A stretch of 63,279 nt of DNA, from IMG/VR virus record IMGVR_UViG_3300009415_000003, one strand, 5' to 3'. The notes below the pieces were generated by a model. It was not told the origin of the DNA. It did no database searches and worked only from the letters and a program-made list of their open reading frames with translations. The stretch's first letter is position 1. Each line of letters opens with the position of its first letter. The position numbers and the translations under genes are program-made. Shown piece by piece: positions 35,673 through 44,445 of this stretch. Source of the stretch: a virus.

Positions 35673-35730
35673 GAAAAATAACAGTTCATTCCACTTCGCT
35701 TCTTTTGCCATCACACAGGCGTATAAGAGT

Positions 35731-36768
35731 CTATTCAGACACATATCCGATTTTGCTCGCTTCCGCTCTAAACGGACGTGAAAAAGTTGGTCGTAGTTTC
35801 TTCCATATTTGTTCACTATAGTCTCTTTTATCTAACATTGAGAAAAGTACATTTGGGTGACTTTGTTTTAAAAAATACTGAGCCGTTTCTTTTCTTGTAC
35901 CGAACTCATTGTAAGCCTCTTTACAGTCTTGTTCTATTTTCAGATATTCATCTTCTAATTGTTTCTTTACAGTCCTAACCCATTCGTAAAACTCATCTGG
36001 AACTCTTTCTAATAGTTCATCTATGTTTTTACCTGCCTTTAGGTTTTCCCATATTGATATATTTGAGAATTGGGTAATAAGTTTGTGGAGTCTAATATAT
36101 TCAGTGAATTTTATTTTCATTCTAAATCCACAATTAAAGACTATTACATATCCTTCACTATTATTAGTGTCTTGTTCTTTTAGAGATTCAAATGATTCTG
36201 AGCTATAAGATTTGACAATATCGAATCCGTGAGACTCTAAAGGCATTTCTTTACCAGTTTTTGTTTCTATTACAGCTAATAACACAAGTTCTTCTTTTGC
36301 TCCGTAATCAACCACTATTTTATTATCAGGGTAAATTATTTCAAAGAGATAAGTGTAATTCTGATTAAGGTATGGTATTATGTGACTATACTTTCCCGAC
36401 AACCAAGATGTAGACTTAATCGCTTGGGCTGATTCAAAAGATCCTCTGGTGGATATAAAGGGATTGTTGCCTATCCAATACATTATTCCTAAAGATCCGT
36501 CCATCTTTTCATACACTCTGTAATCTTGAGATGGTATATTAGGCATATCGTCCTCTTGTAACTCTTCCATATTGAATAACTTAGGAAATGGTCTTGCTAC
36601 TATTTCTTGATGCTCGTTAAGTATTAATCCTCTACACATTAATGTAGTGTCGTTCCAGAATTTTTCAAATTGAGTTTTAGGACTATAGTTGTATATCCAA
36701 AGTTTTTCAGTCGGATGTTTTCTTGATTTTATCCATCCTTCTTCGATGTATTTATTTAAGTCTTTCAT
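35731..36768 (-). CDS. ATP-dependent RNA ligase, T4 RnlA (Rnl1)-like
   Basis: 345 aa. Nucleotidyl-transferase motif I is YEKMDGSLG (KxDG). The N-terminal ..NYSPKTQF..LMCRGLILNEHQEIVARPFPKLFN resembles the T4 Rnl1 N-terminal region. Confidence 0.7.
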   Translation of the reverse strand: MKDLNKYIEEGWIKSRKHPTEKLWIYNYSPKTQFEKFWNDTTLMCRGLILNEHQEIVARPFPKLFNMEELQEDDMPNIPSQDYRVYEKMDGSLGIMYWIGNNPFISTRGSFESAQAIKSTSWLSGKYSHIIPYLNQNYTYLFEIIYPDNKIVVDYGAKEELVLLAVIETKTGKEMPLESHGFDIVKSYSSESFESLKEQDTNNSEGYVIVFNCGFRMKIKFTEYIRLHKLITQFSNISIWENLKAGKNIDELLERVPDEFYEWVRTVKKQLEDEYLKIEQDCKEAYNEFGTRKETAQYFLKQSHPNVLFSMLDKRDYSEQIWKKLRPTFSRPFRAEASKIGYVSE

Positions 36769-36881
36769 ATGTTATTTTGTTTTTGCTTTACAATTGTCAG
36801 ACACTATTCCGCTTTGCTACATACCCTTGCTCTTGCTATATCGAACTACTTTTATATTTTCCATTTAAGTTATCGTTTTTT

Positions 36882-37169
36882 TTAATAAGGTGGATTCATA
36901 ACATGCTCCTGAGCTACATCAGTTGCCAGCTCATCCCAGTACATATAGAAACAGTCTTGTTTGCTTCCTAATCCGTAGTTCTTACCTATCGTAAGATACT
37001 GATACCATCCTACATTCTCACTAATTATTTTTTGCTTAATTCCATCTCTTAGGCTTTTCTCAGATCGATCTTTGGGGTCTTTGGGTTGACGCCTAATTCC
37101 TTCGTAAACGTCTGTAAAAAAAGCTCTGTTAACTGGATCATGTCGGACCTTAACCAAGTAAGAATCCAA
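36882..37169 (-). CDS. -1 frame extension of 37049..38050 (no ATG of its own)
   Basis: The 95-codon frame begins at a TTG that is the last part of a U9 run. See the frameshift finding. Confidence 0.45.
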   Translation of the reverse strand: MDSYLVKVRHDPVNRAFFTDVYEGIRRQPKDPKDRSEKSLRDGIKQKIISENVGWYQYLTIGKNYGLGSKQDCFYMYWDELATDVAQEHVMNPPY

Positions 37170-38050
37170 AAAAAAACAACGCTGTAGTATGTCAACATAG
37201 GTATTTCGTTGAAGAAATCAGCGCGTTCATTAATGAACTTCTTTTGTGGAACTCGATAATACGGTAGTGATTCGTCTTTCTTCCTGCATAGTATGGCCAT
37301 CTCTTTTGCGCTTAGCTCCATCTCATATAGGCCCTCAGTATCTCCTAATCGCTTAATCCTATCCCGGTACTCTTTTTTGATTTCGTTTCGTGCTATGACT
37401 TCACCAGCCTTATACCCTTGCTTTGCATAGTGTCTTATGATATCTTCCTGCTGGATGTAGAATGTTTCACCTTTAAACTCAAAGCTTAATTCATCAATTT
37501 TGTACTTACACGTTCCGAATAGTTCTGAGAATTGCATAATTGCCTGGAATCGTTCATGTAATGTCAGTCCTGTATTTTTCATCGAGTCTACAATGGCCTT
37601 ATCTCGATCGTTGAGCTTATCGTATGGCATCATGTCCAGAGCTGACTGTAATGTCTCAAAGTAGAATGTATTGAACATGTTGAAGTAATGGACGTACAAC
37701 CGCTCTACGCTTATCTGATCATCATATGATAATCTGTAGACTGATTCGTATAGTTTACTGCTGTCTGCTGCATCTTCCTCTAATTGATAGGGTATTTCAT
37801 AGAATAGTTTCTTTTCGTCTTCTGTGAAGCCCTGATATATCATTAGGACCGCTTCTGTTCTATATTCATCTAAGTCACCTAAATACAAATCATCAGCATC
37901 TTTGATTTCTTCTGCATTCTTTCTAACCAAGTCCCATCCTTTTTGATCTGCTTTTTTGAAGTCTATGAACATAGATAGTGTGGTAGATCTTAGATCGTGT
38001 ATTGGTAGGGATAGGGTTTGTGAGTTTATGTTTAGGGTTATGGTTTGCAT
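37049..38050 (-). CDS. Hypothetical protein carrying a U9 slippery run near its 3' end
   Basis: 333-aa ORF. The zero-frame codons GUU GUU UUU UUU UGG lie at 37166-37180. Confidence 0.7.
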   Translation of the reverse strand: MQTITLNINSQTLSLPIHDLRSTTLSMFIDFKKADQKGWDLVRKNAEEIKDADDLYLGDLDEYRTEAVLMIYQGFTEDEKKLFYEIPYQLEEDAADSSKLYESVYRLSYDDQISVERLYVHYFNMFNTFYFETLQSALDMMPYDKLNDRDKAIVDSMKNTGLTLHERFQAIMQFSELFGTCKYKIDELSFEFKGETFYIQQEDIIRHYAKQGYKAGEVIARNEIKKEYRDRIKRLGDTEGLYEMELSAKEMAILCRKKDESLPYYRVPQKKFINERADFFNEIPMLTYYSVVFFWILTWLRSDMIQLTELFLQTFTKELGVNPKTPKIDLRKA

Positions 38051-38067
38051 TTATGTTGATTTTAAAT

Positions 38068-38160
38068 AAGGCGGTCCCTCCATAGTGTGCATGATCAACG
38101 TTAACCCGTCGGCTTTGGACTTTACGATCAGAGGCCTGAGGATCCAGATTAGACCGCCTT
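38068..38160 (-). terminator. Large-loop GC-rich hairpin, terminator-like
   Basis: Perfect 9-bp arms AAGGCGGTC/GACCGCCTT around a 75-nt GC-richer interior that has further internal pairing. It begins 12 nt after the stop at 38172 and ends 18 nt before the ATG at 38050. Confidence 0.45.
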
Positions 38161-38171
38161 AACTATTTTGG

Positions 38172-38351
38172 TTACTTACCGATTGAGGTTTTCCAGTTCT
38201 CAACGTCGGCATGATGGACCTCCGATAATCTTTCTTCAATGGACACCATCTTGTCTGATTCAGGATGCGACTTAAAAAGCTCTTTCCTTTCGTTTGACAA
38301 TAGGTAGTTTCCAAAACTTACCAAATCTTTTTGATTAAAATACAAAACCAT
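38172..38351 (-). CDS. Small hypothetical protein (59 aa, below the track cutoff)
   Basis: ATG ORF MVLYFNQKDLVSFGNYLLSNERKELFKSHPESDKMVSIEERLSEVHHADVENWKTSIGK. Confidence 0.55.
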   Translation of the reverse strand: MVLYFNQKDLVSFGNYLLSNERKELFKSHPESDKMVSIEERLSEVHHADVENWKTSIGK

Positions 38352-38446
38352 ATTCTTGAAATTTTCATGGTTATATGCCTACTCTATTAGTCCTTTTCGG
38401 CTTCCTGACTTTGTTATTAACAATACATAAATATTGCAATGCTGTA

Positions 38447-38584
38447 TTATTTTTTTCTTTTGCTTATTATATTCTGCATTAAGCTCCTCAATGTACAAGC
38501 TGTGTATTGGTGCATTTCTGCTTGAAGCTGCATGTTTAGATCCATGGCTATTTGAGCTTTGCCTAACTCATCTTTGATTCTCAT
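38447..38584 (-). CDS. Small hypothetical protein (45 aa)
   Basis: ATG ORF MRIKDELGKAQIAMDLNMQLQAEMHQ... starting 30 nt after the stop of 38614..39048. Confidence 0.4.
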   Translation of the reverse strand: MRIKDELGKAQIAMDLNMQLQAEMHQYTACTLRSLMQNIISKRKK

Positions 38585-38613
38585 TTTAAAAAATCTTTTT
38601 ACTTTCTTTCTTT

Positions 38614-39048
38614 TCATATCTCATTCATTAACTCATCCAAATCAATATCAAACTCTTCCAGCACATGATCAATGTTCTCAAAGATCACCTGGAGCGTGTC
38701 CTTTGCGCTGTAGCCTTGATCATCGATGTCGTGGTTGACTTGGTCTTTAATACATTTGATTTTGTTTAGAGCTTCTATAAATCGTCTTCGTTCGGGCTTT
38801 ACGTCTGGTACTTTTTCAAAGTTTCGAACAAAATGAGAATTATGGTCTGTTGTGATCTCACCATCTTCATGACGTATAACCCATTCGTGACCACTTACAT
38901 ATGAAAATCCATTATGCAATATTTTTAAGTTGTGATCGCCTTTATTAACTTGTATGTCCCCTAAGAATTCTTTTATCTCTTCGTAATTCTCACCTGTCCA
39001 CTTGACGGCTTGGACTTTGTCTGATTTGTATTGGTAGGTGTGGTTCAT
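38614..39048 (-). CDS. Hypothetical protein
   Basis: 144-aa ORF. Confidence 0.7.
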   Translation of the reverse strand: MNHTYQYKSDKVQAVKWTGENYEEIKEFLGDIQVNKGDHNLKILHNGFSYVSGHEWVIRHEDGEITTDHNSHFVRNFEKVPDVKPERRRFIEALNKIKCIKDQVNHDIDDQGYSAKDTLQVIFENIDHVLEEFDIDLDELMNEI

Positions 39049-39064
39049 AATCTACTGTTGTATG

Positions 39065-39796
39065 TTACTTTCCTTTGGCCTTATCTCTGATTCTTTTCCG
39101 CTTCTTTTTTCTGGTATTCGATTCTACTTGACTGCTTGCAATATTTGCATTAGCTTCTGATATCCGATCTTCTGTTGATTGGTTTTCTTCTATGATCAGC
39201 TCCATGATTTCAGTCATAGTCTTATCGTCCTGTGGATATTTGCCAAACATCTGACGGTAGTAGGCTTTGACAGATACATACTTTTCACTCGAATTGTCAC
39301 CAAATTCTACTTGTAGCTTGACTTCAAAGTCTTCTAAGGTTAGAACATCTTCAATTTTGATTGATGGTGGTATTAGGTCTTCGTCTTCCTTTAGAGAGGC
39401 TGTTACTTTGTCCTTGGTCTTATCTGTCGTAGTGATTGTTTCGTCTCCATAGCAGTTAGTACAGTTGCCATTGTTGTCATATCTGAAGTGCTTGTCTGGA
39501 TAAATGTCTACGACTCTTGGCTGTCTTATCTTAGTGACATGTTCTACTATCGTTTGTGTTGTCTGTCCTTCATAGATGTCTATGATGTTTTGAGGATCTA
39601 ACTTGAGTCTCTTAATCCATTCAAATCTACCTGTTTGATCTTCATTAGCCACCTTGACATATTCACACCACATGGTTACTTGGAATCTTCCATTGGCGTA
39701 AAAATTTGTACCTGCAGTCATGTCTCTGATGTTTGCTATCATCTTTAGGAACATCTGCTGTGTCATAACTGTATTAGGCTGTTGAGTAGAATCCAC
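39065..39796 (-). CDS. Hypothetical protein with basic C-terminal tail
   Basis: 243-aa ORF overlapping the end of the large terminase gene. The C-terminus is ..NTRKKKRKRIRDKAKGK. Confidence 0.7.
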   Translation of the reverse strand: MDSTQQPNTVMTQQMFLKMIANIRDMTAGTNFYANGRFQVTMWCEYVKVANEDQTGRFEWIKRLKLDPQNIIDIYEGQTTQTIVEHVTKIRQPRVVDIYPDKHFRYDNNGNCTNCYGDETITTTDKTKDKVTASLKEDEDLIPPSIKIEDVLTLEDFEVKLQVEFGDNSSEKYVSVKAYYRQMFGKYPQDDKTMTEIMELIIEENQSTEDRISEANANIASSQVESNTRKKKRKRIRDKAKGK

Positions 39797-41279
39797 TGCT
39801 TTTTATTTTAGGTTTTAAATCAAATATTGCTCGCTGTAAAAGGGCATCCCATATATCTGGAGATGAACCATTTAGTATTCTTTTCATTTCAGGCTTTGGT
39901 AGCATTCGCTTCTTACCTTCATGATCAGGTTTGTATTTCTTGATTGCTTTGCGCTCCTGTATTAATCTGGCTTTTACTGTGGTGTTATCCCATTTAGCTT
40001 CTAAAACTCTGTCAGAGAACTCCACATGGCCTTCATTGATCATTCTGGCCATGATGTAACTACACTGAGTCTTGAGATTGAAATAGTTTTCATTATTCAA
40101 TGCTTTAGATCCATTATTGAATCGCTTAGTTGTCTTTATGAAGCCTCCAATGAACTTACCTACACCATCATCATCATAGCTAACTTGACGACCTCTAACG
40201 CTATGTTTTTTCATAAAAGCATCTAACTTCTCAATGACCTCTTTACCCCCAGCTTTATCTTCAATTAAAATGTCTTGGACTATGTAACCTTCCCAGTAGA
40301 TAAATACTAACTTATCTGATCCCTCTAATGCTATATCAGCAGTGATATACTTATCTCTGTTATCGCTTATTGATTCATAGCTAAATGAATCTAATAGAGC
40401 GTCATAATTTATCAGATCGTCTTCTGATATTCTAACCTTCCAGTTTCCTTCTAATAGGCTGGTCCGCTCTGCTTCGTCTTGTGCTAATAAATTAGCTAAG
40501 TACTGTGGGTTTGTTTCTAATAGTTTTTTGTTCTGATAGATTGATCCTGGAATGAATGATACTGATTTGATTAGATCGGTTTCTTTGATCAGTCCATCTG
40601 ACGCCTCTACTATTGGATTGATCTTATCTTCTGCTTGCTTTATGATTTCCTTTTTTGTATTTCCCCAAACATAATTGTCGCCATCTTTGAACAGATATCT
40701 TAGCTTTCCTGATCTTTCTTCTATTGGATATCCATCCTCTCCGATCCACCAGCTTATGAGTCCTGATCCCCAACCATCTTTTCCATTGACTAAAAAACTG
40801 TCAGGGTCTGGATTGCAAGTGCCTCTCACCCTAGGAGATATGCCACATGTTGATCTATTTCTGGATAGTAGATACCAAAACATCTTAGAACTAAAGTGGG
40901 TCAGCTCATCAAATCCTATGTAGGGTATTTCTGCACCTTGATAATCGTATACATTCTTTTCGTATTCTAAGTGGCTATACTTGAATTTGATACCTGATGG
41001 GAATGTCCATGTGGCTTTTGAGTCTTTTGGGTCGCCCCCAATGGTAGGGTAAACTTTCATACTGGCATCCCATAGACCGCCCTCATTCTTTATCTGTGGC
41101 ATGGTTCGCCTGAATGTAACTGCACCCCAACCTTTATTTGACATGTATTTGGTTTGGGCTGGATCTAATAGCAATACAAATGTCTTACCTACTCCTGCAG
41201 CACCACCACCAACTAAGATATCAGCTTTATTGATCATGAAGTCTCTTTGAAATCCATTCTGTGGTTTGATTCTAATCAA
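39774..41279 (-). CDS. terL: Terminase large subunit
   Basis: 501 aa with Walker A ILVGGGAAGVGKTF. The size and a start that overlaps the small terminase gene support the call. Confidence 0.85.
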   Translation of the reverse strand: MIRIKPQNGFQRDFMINKADILVGGGAAGVGKTFVLLLDPAQTKYMSNKGWGAVTFRRTMPQIKNEGGLWDASMKVYPTIGGDPKDSKATWTFPSGIKFKYSHLEYEKNVYDYQGAEIPYIGFDELTHFSSKMFWYLLSRNRSTCGISPRVRGTCNPDPDSFLVNGKDGWGSGLISWWIGEDGYPIEERSGKLRYLFKDGDNYVWGNTKKEIIKQAEDKINPIVEASDGLIKETDLIKSVSFIPGSIYQNKKLLETNPQYLANLLAQDEAERTSLLEGNWKVRISEDDLINYDALLDSFSYESISDNRDKYITADIALEGSDKLVFIYWEGYIVQDILIEDKAGGKEVIEKLDAFMKKHSVRGRQVSYDDDGVGKFIGGFIKTTKRFNNGSKALNNENYFNLKTQCSYIMARMINEGHVEFSDRVLEAKWDNTTVKARLIQERKAIKKYKPDHEGKKRMLPKPEMKRILNGSSPDIWDALLQRAIFDLKPKIKSSGFYSTA

Positions 41280-41730
41280 CGTCGAATCCAGTAGGTAAGT
41301 TAATTTTTCCTGAATGTTCTTTCTTATCTGCTAATCCTAAATCTCTTGCTATTATGTTGGCGTTATAGGCTCCTACTGCTGCACCTTCAAACTTTTGACT
41401 GTAGATAATCTCTCTTACATGCGTAATGACGTTAGAAAAGTCTTTATCAACTTTATTCTCTAAATCTAATTCTGATTCAAATTGAGCAAAATATTTAGTA
41501 TTGACTCCTAAGAAAATACAGAGTCCGGTTAACGTGAATGGTGATGCTGTGGGTATCTTTACCATTTCAACGTCTTTGCCTTTAAAGTCTGTCTTTTCCC
41601 ACTTCTGATTAGATTGATGTTCAAAGTATTCATAGCAAGCATCTAATAGGATATTAGGGGTTTTAAATATCTTATCCCTTCCATGCTTAGATCTTAATTT
41701 CCAGAATTGATTTCCAGTAGGTGCTGCCAT
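41272..41730 (-). CDS. terS: Terminase small subunit (gp3 / GP3_package type)
   Basis: 152 aa. The N-terminus GNQFWKLRSKHGRDKIFKTPNILLDACYEYF is the characteristic gp3-type DNA-packaging signature. Confidence 0.8.
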   Translation of the reverse strand: MAAPTGNQFWKLRSKHGRDKIFKTPNILLDACYEYFEHQSNQKWEKTDFKGKDVEMVKIPTASPFTLTGLCIFLGVNTKYFAQFESELDLENKVDKDFSNVITHVREIIYSQKFEGAAVGAYNANIIARDLGLADKKEHSGKINLPTGFDVD

Positions 41731-41735
41731 AAAGT

Positions 41736-42242
41736 CTATTTCTCACTATCTAAATGATCAATGATCTTGTCTATTCTTTCAAATACTGACTCTATGTATT
41801 GGGTCATAGTGTTGGATATAGAACTTAATGAAGTTTTGCTATGAGGGCCTATATCGTTTCTTGCTGTCATCGTTAGGCGTTCATTGCCTATGATGTGATC
41901 TAAATGATATGATCTCTTTCCTGGAGTCTCTAATTTGGCTTTGAGTCCAGAAGGATATTGAATTGAGGGCGGTACTTCTACTAATTCTATTGCTAAAGCA
42001 TCATCGTGATCTTTAATGATGCTATTATATATTTGGTCTCGCACTCTGAATAGATAAGCATCGTCAATGAATAAATGGAATGATCCCAATACTGAATAAG
42101 CAGCTTCTAATGACTGATTCCAAAAGTTAGAAGTCATTTGAATGTATGCATTTTCTTTAGCTTCTGTTCGCTCCTTAATAGTTAACTCTGGCCTTTGGAA
42201 TGATGTACTTACTTCTGGTTTTCTACCTTTGAATCTACTCAT
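41736..42242 (-). CDS. Hypothetical protein
   Basis: 168-aa ORF. Confidence 0.7.
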   Translation of the reverse strand: MSRFKGRKPEVSTSFQRPELTIKERTEAKENAYIQMTSNFWNQSLEAAYSVLGSFHLFIDDAYLFRVRDQIYNSIIKDHDDALAIELVEVPPSIQYPSGLKAKLETPGKRSYHLDHIIGNERLTMTARNDIGPHSKTSLSSISNTMTQYIESVFERIDKIIDHLDSEK

Positions 42243-42507
42243 AGTTATTTGGTTTTATGTATTCTGATAGATCCTTATAGTCTGGATGTGATATTAGAGC
42301 ATTGCCTCTTATAAGATCTTTTTCATCAGGTACCGAAGATCCTGTAATGCTGAATTTACCTATAGTCGTTTCTTGATCCTTTGAAAAATATACTCTATAT
42401 CCTTTAAAATGCTTGATACTGTTATAATCTCCAACAGATTTAGATAGTGCAACTGCTAATCTATTGCAAATGATAATGTAGATTGGTTCAATGGGAGCAT
42501 ACTTCAT
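42235..42507 (-). CDS. Hypothetical small protein
   Basis: 90-aa ORF. Confidence 0.65.
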   Translation of the reverse strand: MKYAPIEPIYIIICNRLAVALSKSVGDYNSIKHFKGYRVYFSKDQETTIGKFSITGSSVPDEKDLIRGNALISHPDYKDLSEYIKPNNYE

Positions 42508-42627
42508 TTAGTCGATTTCCTTTCTTTGTGCCGTCTAATATTCCAATATAGGTTTGTCATCTGTAATGAAAATGTTACAAAGCTGAATGATATTAGAACT
42601 ACAATTAAAGTATTTGTCAATTGATAA

Positions 42628-42665
42628 TTTTAATAAAAGCTGCCAACTCTGAGTGAATTGGCAGC
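42628..42665 (-). terminator. Intrinsic terminator
   Basis: On the - strand, GCUGCCAA-(11 nt)-UUGGCAGC is followed by UUUUAUUAAAA. Confidence 0.65.
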
Positions 42666-42747
42666 CTGTCTGATTATAAATAAACCTCCTTGTAACAAAT
42701 ATACGAAAAAATTATAATTAATAAGTTCATGGGGGCAGACTATTATC

Positions 42748-43419
42748 TTATTGATACAATCCAATAATCTCATTTAATTCGTCTCTTGTGTATTTCTGAT
42801 TATCCCAATTTCTTATAATCGCTCGCATTTCTATTTTTATAGATTTTAAACTCTCCTTGTCAGGCTTTAATGTCGGATAAAGTCTTGGTAAACTATCTAC
42901 ATATTCAAAGTAATCATCTCCATACCTTCGCTTCAGTCCGTGTCGGTATCGGTTCTCATCGCCTGATCTCCATTGATTAGATAAGACACTGCACTTATGA
43001 ATATTATCCATGTGATACTTTAGATTCGGAAATGCTCCAACAGACCAAAAGTGACCACCGTCGTATGCTCTGTGGATCTCTCCAGTACAGATACATGGCT
43101 GATTTTCATCTATTATTCTTGCTAATTTCTGTAGTAAAACTGTTAACTCCTTGCCGATCTGACTCACTGACTTTAGCTTCTCTTTTTCTTTTTTAATTCT
43201 GATTCGATCTTTTCTTGCAATTTGGTCCTGTTTTTTCTTCTTTGCTTTAAGTGATAATTGATATCCACATTCAGGACTGCACCACTTAACCATGCTTTTG
43301 CTTATTAGTCTGGTGTACTTCCTTTTGCAATGATGACAAACATACTGCTTGACCTTTGCCTTTTTCTCTTTTGATTTCTTCACTCCGATTTGGTCTTCTT
43401 TTGAATAAGGTTTAGCCAT
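42748..43419 (-). CDS. ninG: NinG-like recombination protein
   Basis: 223 aa. A zinc ribbon CHHCKRKY..WCSPECG is followed by CICTG..YDGGHFWS..NIHKCSVLSN, as in the lambda NinG family. Confidence 0.65.
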   Translation of the reverse strand: MAKPYSKEDQIGVKKSKEKKAKVKQYVCHHCKRKYTRLISKSMVKWCSPECGYQLSLKAKKKKQDQIARKDRIRIKKEKEKLKSVSQIGKELTVLLQKLARIIDENQPCICTGEIHRAYDGGHFWSVGAFPNLKYHMDNIHKCSVLSNQWRSGDENRYRHGLKRRYGDDYFEYVDSLPRLYPTLKPDKESLKSIKIEMRAIIRNWDNQKYTRDELNEIIGLYQ

Positions 43420-43492
43420 TCTTGTTTTTATTTAATATTTGAGCTGCAAAATTTAATCTATACTATTCCACTACAAATGCTGTCGTGATTTA

Positions 43493-43771
43493 TCAATCTT
43501 CAAATATTTTAGCTGCTTGCTGAAATTTATGAAATAGCTGGACATTTGCGGAATAATATATAAAATTTCCATCTCGCCTACATTTGACTAATCCTGATCC
43601 TTTTAATAATCTTAAAAACCTACTGGCCTCTGATTGATTAATCTGCAATTTTTTATAAATATCTGTTACGCATATCTCGTCATAATCATAAATTAAATTA
43701 AATATTCTTTTTCTATTTTTATGATTTAAAGCATATGATATTTTATGCAACTGATCTACTGATTCATTCAT
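43493..43771 (-). CDS. ArsR/SmtB-type winged-helix transcriptional regulator
   Basis: 92 aa. NRKRIFNLIYDYDEICVTDIYKKLQINQSEASRFLRLLKGSGLVKCRRDGNFIYY fits the ArsR HTH pattern. Confidence 0.65.
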   Translation of the reverse strand: MNESVDQLHKISYALNHKNRKRIFNLIYDYDEICVTDIYKKLQINQSEASRFLRLLKGSGLVKCRRDGNFIYYSANVQLFHKFQQAAKIFED

Positions 43772-44445
43772 GATTTTTGTTTTAATTTTGCTGCTTTTTT
43801 ATCTTTCATTGCCGCTTGACTGAGTATTTGATCGTAACTGTGGTTTCCTGATCTCAAATTCTGAGATTCTCCACGATCTCCTTTTAGGTTTTCATGCTCT
43901 CTATGTCTATTGTCCGATATAAATTTGCCTGATTGTTTGCAATATGATAGAAACCAATTAAAAACCCTGCTAATATCGATTTTATTAAAGTCTGGCCCAT
44001 ATTTTCCTTTCGCTGCATTTTTAAAAACAACATCAATTTCAGATAATTTCAAACCATTAAAATCCTCTATGATCATTTCTGACAAAATCATTTCTGATTC
44101 CTGATCTAATGTGTTTTCCGTTTGTCCAAAATATCGATGAAGATTAATTTTTATTTTTGCTGCTAAAAAAAGAATCATTTGATTTTCGTCAAATCGCTTT
44201 AATGTTGGTGATGGACTGATCAGAACATCTTCGAATGTTTGGATCCTTAAATTTTCTGTGTCAATGTTTACTAACGCAGAAATATCAGTGAATCCCCAGC
44301 TCTTTAAGTCTCTCAACATCCTTCCTTCGTCTATCCAGTTCTTGACTTTTATTTCCGATTGTCTGATTTCTACCAGACTTGAAGTCTTTGACACTTTCGA
44401 CATATTTTGCAAATTTTTCGAGGTTAAAAATAGTTTGAGGTGCAA
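43768..44445 (-). CDS. Hypothetical protein (start uncertain)
   Basis: The 225-aa ORF overlaps 44285..45208 by 161 nt. Internal ATGs at 44403 and 44319 would shorten the overlap. Confidence 0.55.
   Translation of the reverse strand: MHLKLFLTSKNLQNMSKVSKTSSLVEIRQSEIKVKNWIDEGRMLRDLKSWGFTDISALVNIDTENLRIQTFEDVLISPSPTLKRFDENQMILFLAAKIKINLHRYFGQTENTLDQESEMILSEMIIEDFNGLKLSEIDVVFKNAAKGKYGPDFNKIDISRVFNWFLSYCKQSGKFISDNRHREHENLKGDRGESQNLRSGNHSYDQILSQAAMKDKKAAKLKQKS

Noticed and set aside
38068-38160. Possible long-arm (class II) tRNA, because of a 7-9-bp acceptor-like closing stem and ~90-nt length
   Set aside because: I could not fold a D arm, a T arm with a TTCRA loop, or an anticodon arm on either strand.
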